Source of the DNA: an uncultured Anaerolineales bacterium
GTDB taxonomy: Bacteria > Chloroflexota > Anaerolineae > B4-G1
Direction: 5' to 3'
DNA length: 64,000 nt
Assembly (NCBI GenBank): GCA_964542755.1
Contig: CAZIWL010000001.1
Location: 48,234 to 112,233 of the forward strand
The translations under genes and the position numbers were made by a program. Below the pieces are notes generated by a model that was given only the letters and a program-made list of their open reading frames with translations, was not told the DNA's origin and ran no database searches. Numbering within the stretch: the first letter of the stretch is position 1; every line of letters starts with the position of its first letter. Positions 1-8,661 of this stretch are shown here, one piece after another.

Positions 1-2
1 AG

Positions 3-800
3 ACGGATGAGGATCTCTACGACGAGATCAGCGCGCTCAACAACGAGCTGGTGGCCATGCAGCGGGAACTGAACCGAAAGAACGCGGAGCTTCGCCGGCT
101 GAACGAGCAGAAGAACGAGCTGCTCGGCATGGCGGCCCACGACCTGCGCAACCCGCTCCATGCCATCCTCTCCTACAGCGACTTTCTGATCGAGGATCTC
201 TCGGACACACTGAGCGATGATCACCTGGAGTTCCTCTCCATCATTCAGTCCTCCTCCGAGTTTATGGCCGGGTTGGTGAACGATCTGCTGGACGTGGCGA
301 AGATTGAGTCCGGCAAGCTGCAGCTCAACAAAGCGCCCACAGACCTCCACGATCTCGTGGAGCGCGTGGTGGGGGTGATGCGGCCTCTGGCGGCAAACAA
401 GGAGATCACCCTGAGGGCGTCGCTGGAACAAGTGCCTGCGACGAGCCTGGACCGCGGGAAGATCGAGCAGGTGTTGAACAACTTGCTGAGCAACGCCGTC
501 AAGTACTCGTCGGCCGGCACGAAGGTGGACATCCGCCTCCGTCGAGAGGACGGATGGTCGGTGCTTGAGGTAGAGGACCGGGGCCAGGGCATCCCCGAGG
601 AGGAGCGGGGCGCGCTCTTCCAGCCCTTCCAGACCACCAGCGCGCGGGGAACCGCCGGCGAAAAGAGCACAGGTCTCGGCCTGGTGATCACCAAGCGCAT
701 CGTCGAAGGCCACGGAGGCTGGATAGAGGTCGATAGCGAGGTTGAGGTGGGGTCGACGTTTACCGTGAGACTGCCGGCGGATGGCGACATGGAGCCGTGA
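3..800 (+). CDS. sensor histidine kinase, C-terminal HisKA plus HATPase_c; 5' truncated by the window edge
   Basis: Frame is open upstream of the listed M at 51. H-box AAHDLRNPL and HATPase N/G boxes (NAVKYS, GLGL) are present. Confidence 0.85.
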   Translation, partial: TDEDLYDEISALNNELVAMQRELNRKNAELRRLNEQKNELLGMAAHDLRNPLHAILSYSDFLIEDLSDTLSDDHLEFLSIIQSSSEFMAGLVNDLLDVAKIESGKLQLNKAPTDLHDLVERVVGVMRPLAANKEITLRASLEQVPATSLDRGKIEQVLNNLLSNAVKYSSAGTKVDIRLRREDGWSVLEVEDRGQGIPEEERGALFQPFQTTSARGTAGEKSTGLGLVITKRIVEGHGGWIEVDSEVEVGSTFTVRLPADGDMEP

Positions 801-870
801 GGGGACATGGGTTGGGCGAGTGACTGGTCAGACGACGGGGCCTCGCGGGGGATTCTGTCCCGTCGTCTAG

Positions 871-1293
871 CCAACGGGAACGGGAATCGGCGAAGGGGCA
901 CTGGAGCACCTCTTTGAGCCCGTCTTCACTACGAAAGATGCGGTTGATAGAACTGGTCTGGGTCTGGCCCAGGTCTACGGGATCGGGGAGCAGCACGGGG
1001 GGCATATCGCGGTCCATACCGAGGTCGGAAGCGGAAGCTGCTTCCAGGTTTACGTGTCAGGTATGGAGGTGTCCGTGGCTGATGAGGGGGTGCGGATAGC
1101 GCCGGACGAAATGGACCATCTCTTCGACCGCCCTCACCAGATCGAGCGCGATGAGATGGAGCAAGGAGGGCTCGTCCTCTTCATCGCCCGCCGGCTGATC
1201 GAGCCGCAAGACGGCGAGATCACTGTCGAGAGCATCCCCGGCGAGGGGAGCACCGTCCTCATTCGACTGCAGCTGCTGGACACCGAATCGTAG
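871..1293 (+). pseudogene. orphan tandem HATPase_c 3' fragments, a degenerate histidine-kinase remnant
   Basis: A single frame-1 ORF after the TAG at 868 encodes two consecutive HK C-terminal ATP-lid modules (LEHLFEPVFTTK..GTGLGLAQV..HGGHI, then VADEGVRIAPDEMDHLFDR..GGLVLFIARRLIE). There is no HisKA domain, no start codon and no RBS. Confidence 0.4.
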
Positions 1294-1452
1294 GCGGTCC
1301 GGCGAGGCGCTGATCGGGCGGGTCAGCGCCCACCGCGTCCCCGCGCATTCCGAACTCCTGGCTTGACGACGACAAAGGTGCACGAACGAATGGCCGCAGG
1401 GGTACGGGCATCAAGTGCAACGCACCCCGAAGGTGCATCGCAGCTCACGAGC

Positions 1453-1504
1453 GTATGCCTGCCACGTATGCCTGCCACGTATGCCTGCCACGTATGCCTG
1501 TCAC
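1453..1504. repeat. perfect tandem repeat, 4 x 13 bp (CGTATGCCTGCCA), last unit with one mismatch
   Basis: Read directly from the sequence, in an intergenic position. Confidence 0.85.
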
Positions 1505-1675
1505 AACAGAACACCGGCGCCCGTTCTGCGCCAACCGTGTCCAACCGGCGACTGACTCCACGACAACCCGTTCGCGCGCCCCCGACCGCCTCACAGACGG
1601 TGCGCTAACGAACTATCGGGTGTGCACCTCGGCGCGATGCACCTGGTGGGCATGTGCCTACGACAACCCTTTACC

Positions 1676-1704
1676 TTGCAGGAATGCCTGATTTGGACTA
1701 TAAT
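1676..1704 (+). promoter_or_regulatory. sigma70-like promoter, TTGCAG-17-TATAAT
   Basis: Hexamers with 17-nt spacing lie 34 nt upstream of the fmdB start; an RBS GGGAGGG sits 7 nt before the ATG. Confidence 0.5.
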
Positions 1705-1737
1705 GGATTGTCGTAGAGTACACGGGAGGGAATAACT

Positions 1738-2022
1738 ATGCCATTGTATGAATATGAATGCGAGTCCTGCGGCGTGCGTTTCGAGCGGCGCCAACACATG
1801 GAGGATGAGCCGATCAAGACATGCCCCGAGTGCTGTGGAGACGTACACCGACTGATTCAGCCGGTGGGTATCATCTTCAAGGGATCCGGGTTCTATGTGA
1901 CGGACAACCGGGCTAAGTCGTCGACTGCGACACCTGGCAACTACAAGAAATCAGACGAGAAGCTGTCTGAGACATCAAGCGAGTCGTCGAAGGAGAGCAG
2001 CAAGACTGACTCGGAGGATTAG
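1738..2022 (+). CDS. FmdB-family zinc-ribbon regulatory protein
   Basis: MPLYEYECESCG...CPECCG double CxxC motif typical of the FmdB family; strong RBS. Confidence 0.85.
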   Translation: MPLYEYECESCGVRFERRQHMEDEPIKTCPECCGDVHRLIQPVGIIFKGSGFYVTDNRAKSSTATPGNYKKSDEKLSETSSESSKESSKTDSED

Positions 2023-2124
2023 GTCGGGTCGGTTTCCGTCGTAGTCCCCTGGTTAGGGACAGGCCGCTCGCGAACCGACTGCCGCACAACGACCGCAGAC
2101 TTCGCGGGAGGATCTACCAGAGAG

Positions 2125-2157
2125 GGCCCGGTGCAGCTAAGCCGGGCCTTCTTTCAT
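2125..2157 (+). terminator. candidate intrinsic terminator hairpin
   Basis: 7-bp GC stem GGCCCGG/CCGGGCC with a 10-nt loop, followed by TTCTTTCAT. Confidence 0.3.
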
Positions 2158-2226
2158 GGTGGGGATGGAGATCGTCTGGAGACTCCGGGACACCGTGGGT
2201 GTTTGTCACGGAGGAGACACGGCAGG

Positions 2227-2526
2227 CTAGAGCTGAAAACCCCCGCTGGCGCGGATCGTCTTCTGGCTGTAATCTGTGACGTAGGTCAAGAGCCCCAGCT
2301 TTAGCTCACGCCACTTCTTCGTCGCCAACGCTCGTCGTAGGCTTCCCAGGTCATCGGCCACGCCGCCCGTCAGGATCTGGGGGCGATTCCCATAGGCCGT
2401 GTACCATGCGTCCGTTGGCTGGATGCCCAGCTCTAGGAGCCCGGGGGCGAACTCCTCCATCACGAACTCGAAATACTCGTCCTCAAGTCCGTTGCGAATA
2501 TTCCAGGTCATTAAGAGTTTAACCAT
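2227..2526 (-). CDS. hypothetical small protein; start taken at the internal ATG (MVKLLMTW...)
   Basis: ORF 2227..2544. The listed start is GTG, and an ATG at 2526 has a weak AGGA upstream. No family recognised. Confidence 0.45.
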   Translation of the reverse strand: MVKLLMTWNIRNGLEDEYFEFVMEEFAPGLLELGIQPTDAWYTAYGNRPQILTGGVADDLGSLRRALATKKWRELKLGLLTYVTDYSQKTIRASGGFQL

Positions 2527-2693
2527 ACAGATCCTATGCTTCACTTCTCACTCCCTCCGGCACTGCGCTGGTCGCATCGGCACTACCCGGCACAGACAGT
2601 CTGGGCTTCGTGGGAAGCGTTTCCAACCGTACCAGTCTCTACCTACAGCCTTGATCTCTTAGGTTCGGTGTCGTTCGTGCGGACGGCTGCCCG

Positions 2694-3488
2694 CTACTCA
2701 CATCCCAGGGACATCATGGTCTGCTCGGCCTGGGTCTTCCAGGTGGCTGGGGGATCCAGAGCCAGGAACCGCTCATAGGTCTCGCAAGCTCCGTCGACAT
2801 CCCCGCTCTGTGCTAGAGCCCCCGCCAGGGCATAGTAGGCCTCCCGGGAGTCCGGGACCGATTCGATGGCCTTCTCGAGCATCTCGACTGCCTGGTCGTA
2901 ATGCCCCTCCTGGAGCCGCACGTTTCCCAGGCCGATCAGTGCCTCTGGCATGTTCTCTCTCAGCTCCAGGGCAGCCTCGAACTCGCTCGTAGCTTGGTCA
3001 AGGAGCTCCGGGTCGGCCGGCGCCGACGGGTCTCCACTGGATAGTGCCAGTGTCAAGAAGGCCGCCCCCAGTTGATAGTGTGTGTCGGAATCGTCGGGGT
3101 CGATCTCCAACGCTTTCTCGAACTCATCCACGGCGGAACGGAGGTCCTGCAGCTGGTAGTAGGTGACGCCCAGGTTGTGGTGGGCAGCTGCACTCTCCGG
3201 CTCTAACTCCAAGACCTTCCGAAACGCGTCGGCCGCCTTCGAGAGCTCACCACTCTGGTTGTAGGCCTGCCCCAGCAGAAAATGCACATCGCTGTTGGTC
3301 GATGTTTCTTCAGCCGTGGCCTCCAGCGCCTCAATAGCCTCCACGTAGTCCCCGGCCTCAAGATAGGCACGAGCCGAGGAGAGAAGCGCTTCCACATCGT
3401 CGGTTTGGGTCTCAGCGTCGCCCCCGCACGCCCCCAGGGACACCGCCACCGCCAGTGCCACGGCAACGAGTAGATAGCTCCTAGGCAT
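2694..3488 (-). CDS. TPR-repeat lipoprotein
   Basis: Signal peptide with lipobox LGAC, multiple TPR-like repeats, RBS GGAGG 8 nt upstream. Confidence 0.8.
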   Translation of the reverse strand: MPRSYLLVAVALAVAVSLGACGGDAETQTDDVEALLSSARAYLEAGDYVEAIEALEATAEETSTNSDVHFLLGQAYNQSGELSKAADAFRKVLELEPESAAAHHNLGVTYYQLQDLRSAVDEFEKALEIDPDDSDTHYQLGAAFLTLALSSGDPSAPADPELLDQATSEFEAALELRENMPEALIGLGNVRLQEGHYDQAVEMLEKAIESVPDSREAYYALAGALAQSGDVDGACETYERFLALDPPATWKTQAEQTMMSLGCE

Positions 3489-3510
3489 TACCCTTCCTCC
3501 AACTGATCAA

Positions 3511-4161
3511 TCATCCCAGGACGTTCTGCAGCACGAAGATGTCCGTCTCCTCAGACGGGCCCGGATCGCTCACCCGCAACGACGTTTGCCTTTCGGCCTG
3601 CTCCATGCCCATCTCTTTTAGGAAAGTATTGACGCTGTCCAGTTCCTCCTTCAGGCCCGAAATCTCATACCGCATAGGGATGACGATCTCTGGTTCAAAG
3701 AGGCCAATGGCCTCTGAGGCCTGAGTTGCGGTGAGGCTTCCTCCTCCGCCGACGGGCACCAGAAGCACGTCGACCGAGCCCAGGTTTTTGACCTGGGACT
3801 GGGTGGGGACGTGGCCTAACCGGCCCAGGTGACAGATGGTTGTTCCGTCAAAGTCGAAGGCGAAGACGGTGTTCAACCCGTGCTGTCTGCCGCGCTTGTC
3901 ATCTGCGAAGGTCGAGATGCCAGTGATGAACACGCCGCTAATCTCGTACTCACCCGGGCCATCGATGAGCTTGAAATCGCCCTTAACTGTGTCCAGGTAG
4001 TGGCAAGAAGCATTGTGGTGACTGACGGTCACGATCTCGGCCTGGAGCGGAGGAAGTGAGATGCCTAATTCTGGAGAATACGGGTCTGTGACGATGGAAA
4101 TGGATCCCTTTCCATCGAGTCGGAAGCACGTCTGGCCGTACCAACGGATCTCTACATCCAT
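3511..4161 (-). CDS. UPF0173-type MBL-fold metal-dependent hydrolase
   Basis: MDVEIRWYGQTCF..HHNASCHYLD beta-lactamase-fold motifs. Start moved to the ATG at 4161 because a promoter sits immediately upstream. Confidence 0.8.
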   Translation of the reverse strand: MDVEIRWYGQTCFRLDGKGSISIVTDPYSPELGISLPPLQAEIVTVSHHNASCHYLDTVKGDFKLIDGPGEYEISGVFITGISTFADDKRGRQHGLNTVFAFDFDGTTICHLGRLGHVPTQSQVKNLGSVDVLLVPVGGGGSLTATQASEAIGLFEPEIVIPMRYEISGLKEELDSVNTFLKEMGMEQAERQTSLRVSDPGPSEETDIFVLQNVLG

Positions 4162-4171
4162 ATCACTTGGG

Positions 4172-4200
4172 ATTATACTGTGAAAGGAGCGGAGCGGCAA
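4172..4200 (-). promoter_or_regulatory. sigma70-like promoter TTGCCG-17-TATAAT on the minus strand, likely giving a leaderless or near-leaderless mRNA
   Basis: The -10 ends 10 nt before the ATG at 4161 and there is no RBS. Confidence 0.45.
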
Positions 4201-4261
4201 CGCCCCGTCGCCCACCCTCCTGCCTTAACCGCCCTGCAAAGCCGTCGAAGGGGTGGCACGC

Positions 4262-4360
4262 CCCCCTGAGTTCGCCCTGACTCGTCCCCTTGAGTTCGGC
4301 CTGCGTCGCCCTCCTTGGGTTCGGCATGGCCCGCCCCACTTTGGTTCGGCCTGGATCGCC
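4262..4360. repeat. degenerate tandem repeat, about 4 units of roughly 24 bp (..GAGTTCGGCCTG.. core)
   Basis: Intergenic between the hydrolase and lpdA; units are imperfect. Confidence 0.5.
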
Positions 4361-4400
4361 AGATCCAGGCCTTTCCAACAGGACAACCTCCCTACTCACC

Positions 4401-5801
4401 CTACATGTGCAGCGGCTCGCCGAACACGCCGTGAGCCGCCTCCATGAGTGCCTCGCTGAGCGTGGGATGGGCGTGCACCGTCCGTGCGATTTCCTCCGGC
4501 GTCAGCTCCCAAGTCCGCGCAGCCACCAACTCCGGTAGCAGTTCGGTCACCTCAGGCCCCACCATGTGGGCGCCGAGGATCTCTCCCGTGGTCTCATCGG
4601 CAATGATCTTGACAAACCCCTCGCGCTCACCCAGCGCGAGTGCCTTCCCATTGGGCCTGAAGGGGAACGTGCCTACTTTGATATCGTAGCCCTCTTCGGT
4701 GGCCTGCGTCTCGGAAAGGCCAAAGCTTGCGACCTGAGGATGGCAGTACGTGCAACGTGGCACCGCGTCGTAATCCAGCGGTCGGGGATCTTCGCCGGCT
4801 ATCGTCTCGACCGCGATGATGCCCTGGGTCGAGGCCACGTGCGCTAGGGCCATCTTGCCCGTGACGTCACCGATGGCGTAGACGCCCGAGACGCTTGTTC
4901 TCATGGCCTCGTCGACCACGATGCTGCCCCGCTCCGTCTTCACGCCGACGGTTTCCAGGCCAATGTCGTTGGTATTCGGCTGCACGCCGATGGCAATCAG
5001 GGCTCGCTCAGCTTCCAGGACTTTCTCTTCGTCGTCCTCACCCATGACGGTCACCCGGACGCCGGCGTCGATCACCTCGATACCCTGGACTCGGGTGGAG
5101 GTCATCACCGTCACCCCCCGCCGACGCCGGAATGCGCGCTCGACGACCTTGCTGACCTCTTCATCCTCCAGTGGCACCGGGCGGGGAAGCATTTCCACCA
5201 CGGTGACCTCTGTGCCGTAGGCGTTCCAGACCTGGGTGAATTCCATGCCAATCGGCCCGGCGCCGACAACGACCACCGACTCCGGCAGATCGTCGAGAAC
5301 GATAGCGCTGCGATAGGTCATGACCCGCTCGCCGTCGGGCTCGATACCCGGTATCGTTCGTGCGTGGCCGCCCGTGGCAATGATGATGTTCTCGCTCTCG
5401 ATGGTGCGGGTGGAACCGTCATCCAACGCTACTTCGACGCTCGTGGGGGACTTCAGCACTCCGCGTCCCTCGATCACGTCAACGTTGTTCTTACGCATCA
5501 GGAGGCCGACGCCCTTAACCAGGCGCTCCGACACCTGCCGGCTCCGCTGAACAGCGGCGCCGAAGTCAAGCTCGACGTCGGAGACGGAGAATCCAAACTC
5601 CCGCCCCCGGTCTAGCAGCGAGACTACCTCCGCGTTGCGCAGCAGAGCCTTGGTGGGTATGCAGCCCCAGTTGAGGCAGACGCCTCCGAGATGCTCTCCC
5701 TCCACCAACGCAACCTTCATGCCCAGCTGGGCGGCGCGGATGGCAGCTACGTAGCCCCCGGGGCCCGCCCCGATGATTGTGATGTCATATGCTTCGCTCA
5801 T
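4401..5801 (-). CDS. lpdA: dihydrolipoyl dehydrogenase
   Basis: GAGPGGY FAD motif, redox disulfide GGVCLNWGCIPTK, a C-terminal dimerisation domain, and RBS AGGAGG before the ATG at 5801. Confidence 0.9.
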   Translation of the reverse strand: MSEAYDITIIGAGPGGYVAAIRAAQLGMKVALVEGEHLGGVCLNWGCIPTKALLRNAEVVSLLDRGREFGFSVSDVELDFGAAVQRSRQVSERLVKGVGLLMRKNNVDVIEGRGVLKSPTSVEVALDDGSTRTIESENIIIATGGHARTIPGIEPDGERVMTYRSAIVLDDLPESVVVVGAGPIGMEFTQVWNAYGTEVTVVEMLPRPVPLEDEEVSKVVERAFRRRRGVTVMTSTRVQGIEVIDAGVRVTVMGEDDEEKVLEAERALIAIGVQPNTNDIGLETVGVKTERGSIVVDEAMRTSVSGVYAIGDVTGKMALAHVASTQGIIAVETIAGEDPRPLDYDAVPRCTYCHPQVASFGLSETQATEEGYDIKVGTFPFRPNGKALALGEREGFVKIIADETTGEILGAHMVGPEVTELLPELVAARTWELTPEEIARTVHAHPTLSEALMEAAHGVFGEPLHM

Positions 5802-6414
5802 TGTCTTGCCTCCTAAGGTAGTCTGTCGCTCTGCGGAAGTCGCCCGCCTCATAATCACACTCTGGAGACGGACGATTCTCGGTTGTCCAACGCGGCGATC
5901 GTCGAGGGCGCGTCAGTTTGGGTTTCGTCAAGCATGGACCATTTCCCCAGTGGAGAGTGATCGTCCGTCGTCGTTTCTTCACATGCCTCTTTGGCGTCTG
6001 AAAGCAGGTGGTGAGACGCTGTGTCGATGGTCATTCTACTCTCACGGCATGAGGTGTCAAGCGGCGATTGTGCTGATCCTCGGAAGGGTGTGCCAACAAC
6101 TGGTCGTGTCCTACGGCTTAGCGATCGGTATGTTGGTCGATCGACAGGATGGGAGGGGCCGATAGATTGCGGGTGGTTCACGGCGACGACCGTGCATTGC
6201 ACAGGACACCTGCAACCCGCTGGGCGTGTGCCTGTGATAGGAAGTTGGCGCGCTGAGCGGCCCGCGGCTTACCCAAAACTGGGTCTTCATGCTACAATGA
6301 GCTTGGGCGAAAGAACGGCAAGGTGAGCGTGCTGAGCTCCGCCGCGACGACCACTCGGTCTCATCGCCGACGCCCGGCTTTCTGACGCCAATCCGTAGCC
6401 TATAGGGAGGGCCT

Positions 6415-7116
6415 ATGCCGAGAGAGATGTTTGACCGGGACTTGCAGGAGCTGGAGGACGAGCTGCTGACGTTGGGCAGCCGGGTCGAGCGGGCGATCAC
6501 TGACTCAGTCTCCAGCTTGAAGCGGAGGGATCGGGAGACCGCCCAGCAGATCGTTGAGCAGGATCGCCAGCTCAACGAGAAGCGGTACGAGTTGGAGGCT
6601 AAGGCCCTGACGCTCATCGCCACGCAGCAGCCGATGGCGGGGGACCTGCGTACCATTGCGGCAATCCTCAGTCTTGCCTCCGAATTGGAGCGTATCGGTG
6701 ACTACGCTAAGGGCATCGCTAAGATCAACGTGATGATGGGCGACGCGCCCCTCTTGAAACCTCTCATCGACGTGCCTCGGATGGCCGAGAAGACGCGTGA
6801 CATGCTACATGCCGCTTTGCAGGCGTTTGCCGAGAGGAACGTCGATCTGGCGCGCTCGATTCCGAAGCGAGACGACGAGGTGGACGGGCTCTACAACCAG
6901 GTCTACCGGGAGCTGCTCACGTACATCATCTCCGATCCGCGCACCATCGACCAGGCAACGTATCTGCTCTGGGTGGCCCACAACCTGGAGCGCGCGGCCG
7001 ACAGGGTGATCAATATCTGTGAACGGGTGATCTTCACCGTCTCCGGTAAGCTGGTTGAGCTCAAGGGGAGCGACGACGAGGGCGAGATCACGTACAAGAA
7101 CGAGGCACTATCATAG
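6415..7116 (+). CDS. phoU: phosphate-uptake regulator PhoU
   Basis: Two PhoU repeats (..ERIGDYAKGIAK.., ..ERAADRVINI..) and a strong RBS. Confidence 0.9.
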   Translation: MPREMFDRDLQELEDELLTLGSRVERAITDSVSSLKRRDRETAQQIVEQDRQLNEKRYELEAKALTLIATQQPMAGDLRTIAAILSLASELERIGDYAKGIAKINVMMGDAPLLKPLIDVPRMAEKTRDMLHAALQAFAERNVDLARSIPKRDDEVDGLYNQVYRELLTYIISDPRTIDQATYLLWVAHNLERAADRVINICERVIFTVSGKLVELKGSDDEGEITYKNEALS

Positions 7117-7190
7117 CGGCTGTCTCGCCCTAACCAGACGCTGTATGGACGAGGGTCTATCGATCCGCTGAAGACGCTCTCGTCTGAGGT

Positions 7191-8510
7191 CTATTCCTGC
7201 AGGTCCTGAACGGCGGCTGCGGCGGCTTCCGCGGGGGATGCCTGCCCCCGCAGGAGAGTTGAAACGGCCTGCTGCATCGGCAGTCCCACCGCCTCAAGGA
7301 CGGTGGCCCTCGGGGGCGGCATCGCCGCCTCCAGTAGATCGCGGAGTACCGTCCTCTCTGCCTCGGCTACGCGCCAGAACCTGAGGGCGCTGCGCGTGCC
7401 CGGCAGGTAGCCCGCGGCTTGAGTCCACGCGGCGTTCCGCGTGGGCGCCGTGAGCCATTCGGCCAGCCGGAGGGCCGATTCCTGGCGCTGCGGGTCGTCG
7501 GTGACGACGGCCAACGCCCACCCGCGGGCGATGCTGATGTGCCGCCCATCCTTGGTTGGCACGATTGCCGGGGCCATGGTTTCGTCGGCCTCAAGCCAGT
7601 ATCTGCTCGCTCGGACCAGGGTCATGCCGCCCTGCCCCTCCTTGAACCTCTCCCATACCTGGTCCACGTGGGTGGCGGTTAGCACCTGCGTCGGTGCGAC
7701 GACGGTGTGGGTGACGCAGCGGCTGTAGAAATCCAGGACGTCGACGAGCACGTCCTCATCCAGGGCGGGGTTCCCCTCGGCGTCCGTCAGTTTGCCACCC
7801 GCGCCGAGATACTGGAGAAGCGTGGCATCGTTCACTCGGCCGTCATAGCCTCCAGCGGGGAACAAGAAGGTCGTCGGGGCCGAGAGGACATCCGTCCATG
7901 TAGCCGGGGGCGACTCAAGAACCGCTGGTCTGTAGGCCAGATGCTGCATGTCGACCCCCAAGACAATGCCCATCGCCTCCCCTTCCACCTTTCCCATGGT
8001 GGCAGCAAAGGGGAAGCCGTCGTGGTCCGCGGACGGGGCCAGATACCCGTCGAGGGGTTGGATCAGCCCGGAGCCGGCCACGGTTCCCAGGTCGGACGCG
8101 TCCAGCACGACCAGGTCCGGCAGCACGGAGGGCGCTGCGTCCCGGGCCGTCCGCATAAAGTCGATCAACCCTCCCCGTCCGTGGCTTCTCTTCACGACGA
8201 CGTCGACCTGCAGGCTGGGATTCGCACCGCCGAAACGGGACAACTGCTCGGCCAGCACGCTCGAGCCGCCTCCACCTGCGTAGGGATCCAGCTCCTCGGG
8301 AAGCCATAACTCGAGTGTGGTGATCATCGGAGTAGGGTACGACGTCGCTGTGGCCGTGGGGGCCGGCGGTGGCGCAGTGGGCGTGTCCGTGGGCAAGAGG
8401 GCGACTGGTGGTGTCAAGGGCGGTCCCTCGCAGCCCATCAGGCAGAGCACGGCGAGACATACGACCAGCGCCTGCAGCCTCGGCATACGCTTGAACTCGA
8501 GCTTACTCAT
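7191..8510 (-). CDS. ABC transporter extracellular solute-binding lipoprotein, family 1, with a PT-rich linker
   Basis: Signal peptide and Cys lipobox, a PT-rich linker, then an SBP fold. The start is ambiguous between 8510, 8486 and 8549. Confidence 0.75.
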   Translation of the reverse strand: MSKLEFKRMPRLQALVVCLAVLCLMGCEGPPLTPPVALLPTDTPTAPPPAPTATATSYPTPMITTLELWLPEELDPYAGGGGSSVLAEQLSRFGGANPSLQVDVVVKRSHGRGGLIDFMRTARDAAPSVLPDLVVLDASDLGTVAGSGLIQPLDGYLAPSADHDGFPFAATMGKVEGEAMGIVLGVDMQHLAYRPAVLESPPATWTDVLSAPTTFLFPAGGYDGRVNDATLLQYLGAGGKLTDAEGNPALDEDVLVDVLDFYSRCVTHTVVAPTQVLTATHVDQVWERFKEGQGGMTLVRASRYWLEADETMAPAIVPTKDGRHISIARGWALAVVTDDPQRQESALRLAEWLTAPTRNAAWTQAAGYLPGTRSALRFWRVAEAERTVLRDLLEAAMPPPRATVLEAVGLPMQQAVSTLLRGQASPAEAAAAAVQDLQE

Positions 8511-8549
8511 AGTGGGTAGATTATAACACAATCCGCTGGAGCATCCCAC

Positions 8550-8578
8550 TTGTCAACGCCTGAGCGTCACGGTATGAT
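8550..8578 (+). promoter_or_regulatory. sigma70-like promoter TTGTCA-17-TATGAT for the glycosyltransferase operon
   Basis: Hexamers with 17-nt spacing lie 84 nt upstream of the first GT gene and are divergent from the SBP gene. Confidence 0.45.
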
Positions 8579-8661
8579 TCTTTCTACCCGCAGGAGGTTC
8601 GGCTCGCGCACGTCGACAGTAGCCAGCCTCCTCGATTTGTCTATGGGTATCGTCGAAGTGC

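Noticed and set aside
1453-1504. 13-bp tandem repeat considered as a possible CRISPR array
   Set aside because: The units are directly adjacent with no spacers, the repeat is far too short, and there are no cas genes.
5858-6414. Small ORFs in the lpdA-phoU intergenic region (5773..6165, 6021..6326, 6111..6656)
   Set aside because: No RBS or recognisable domains, and they overlap each other on both strands. The region is more likely regulatory.
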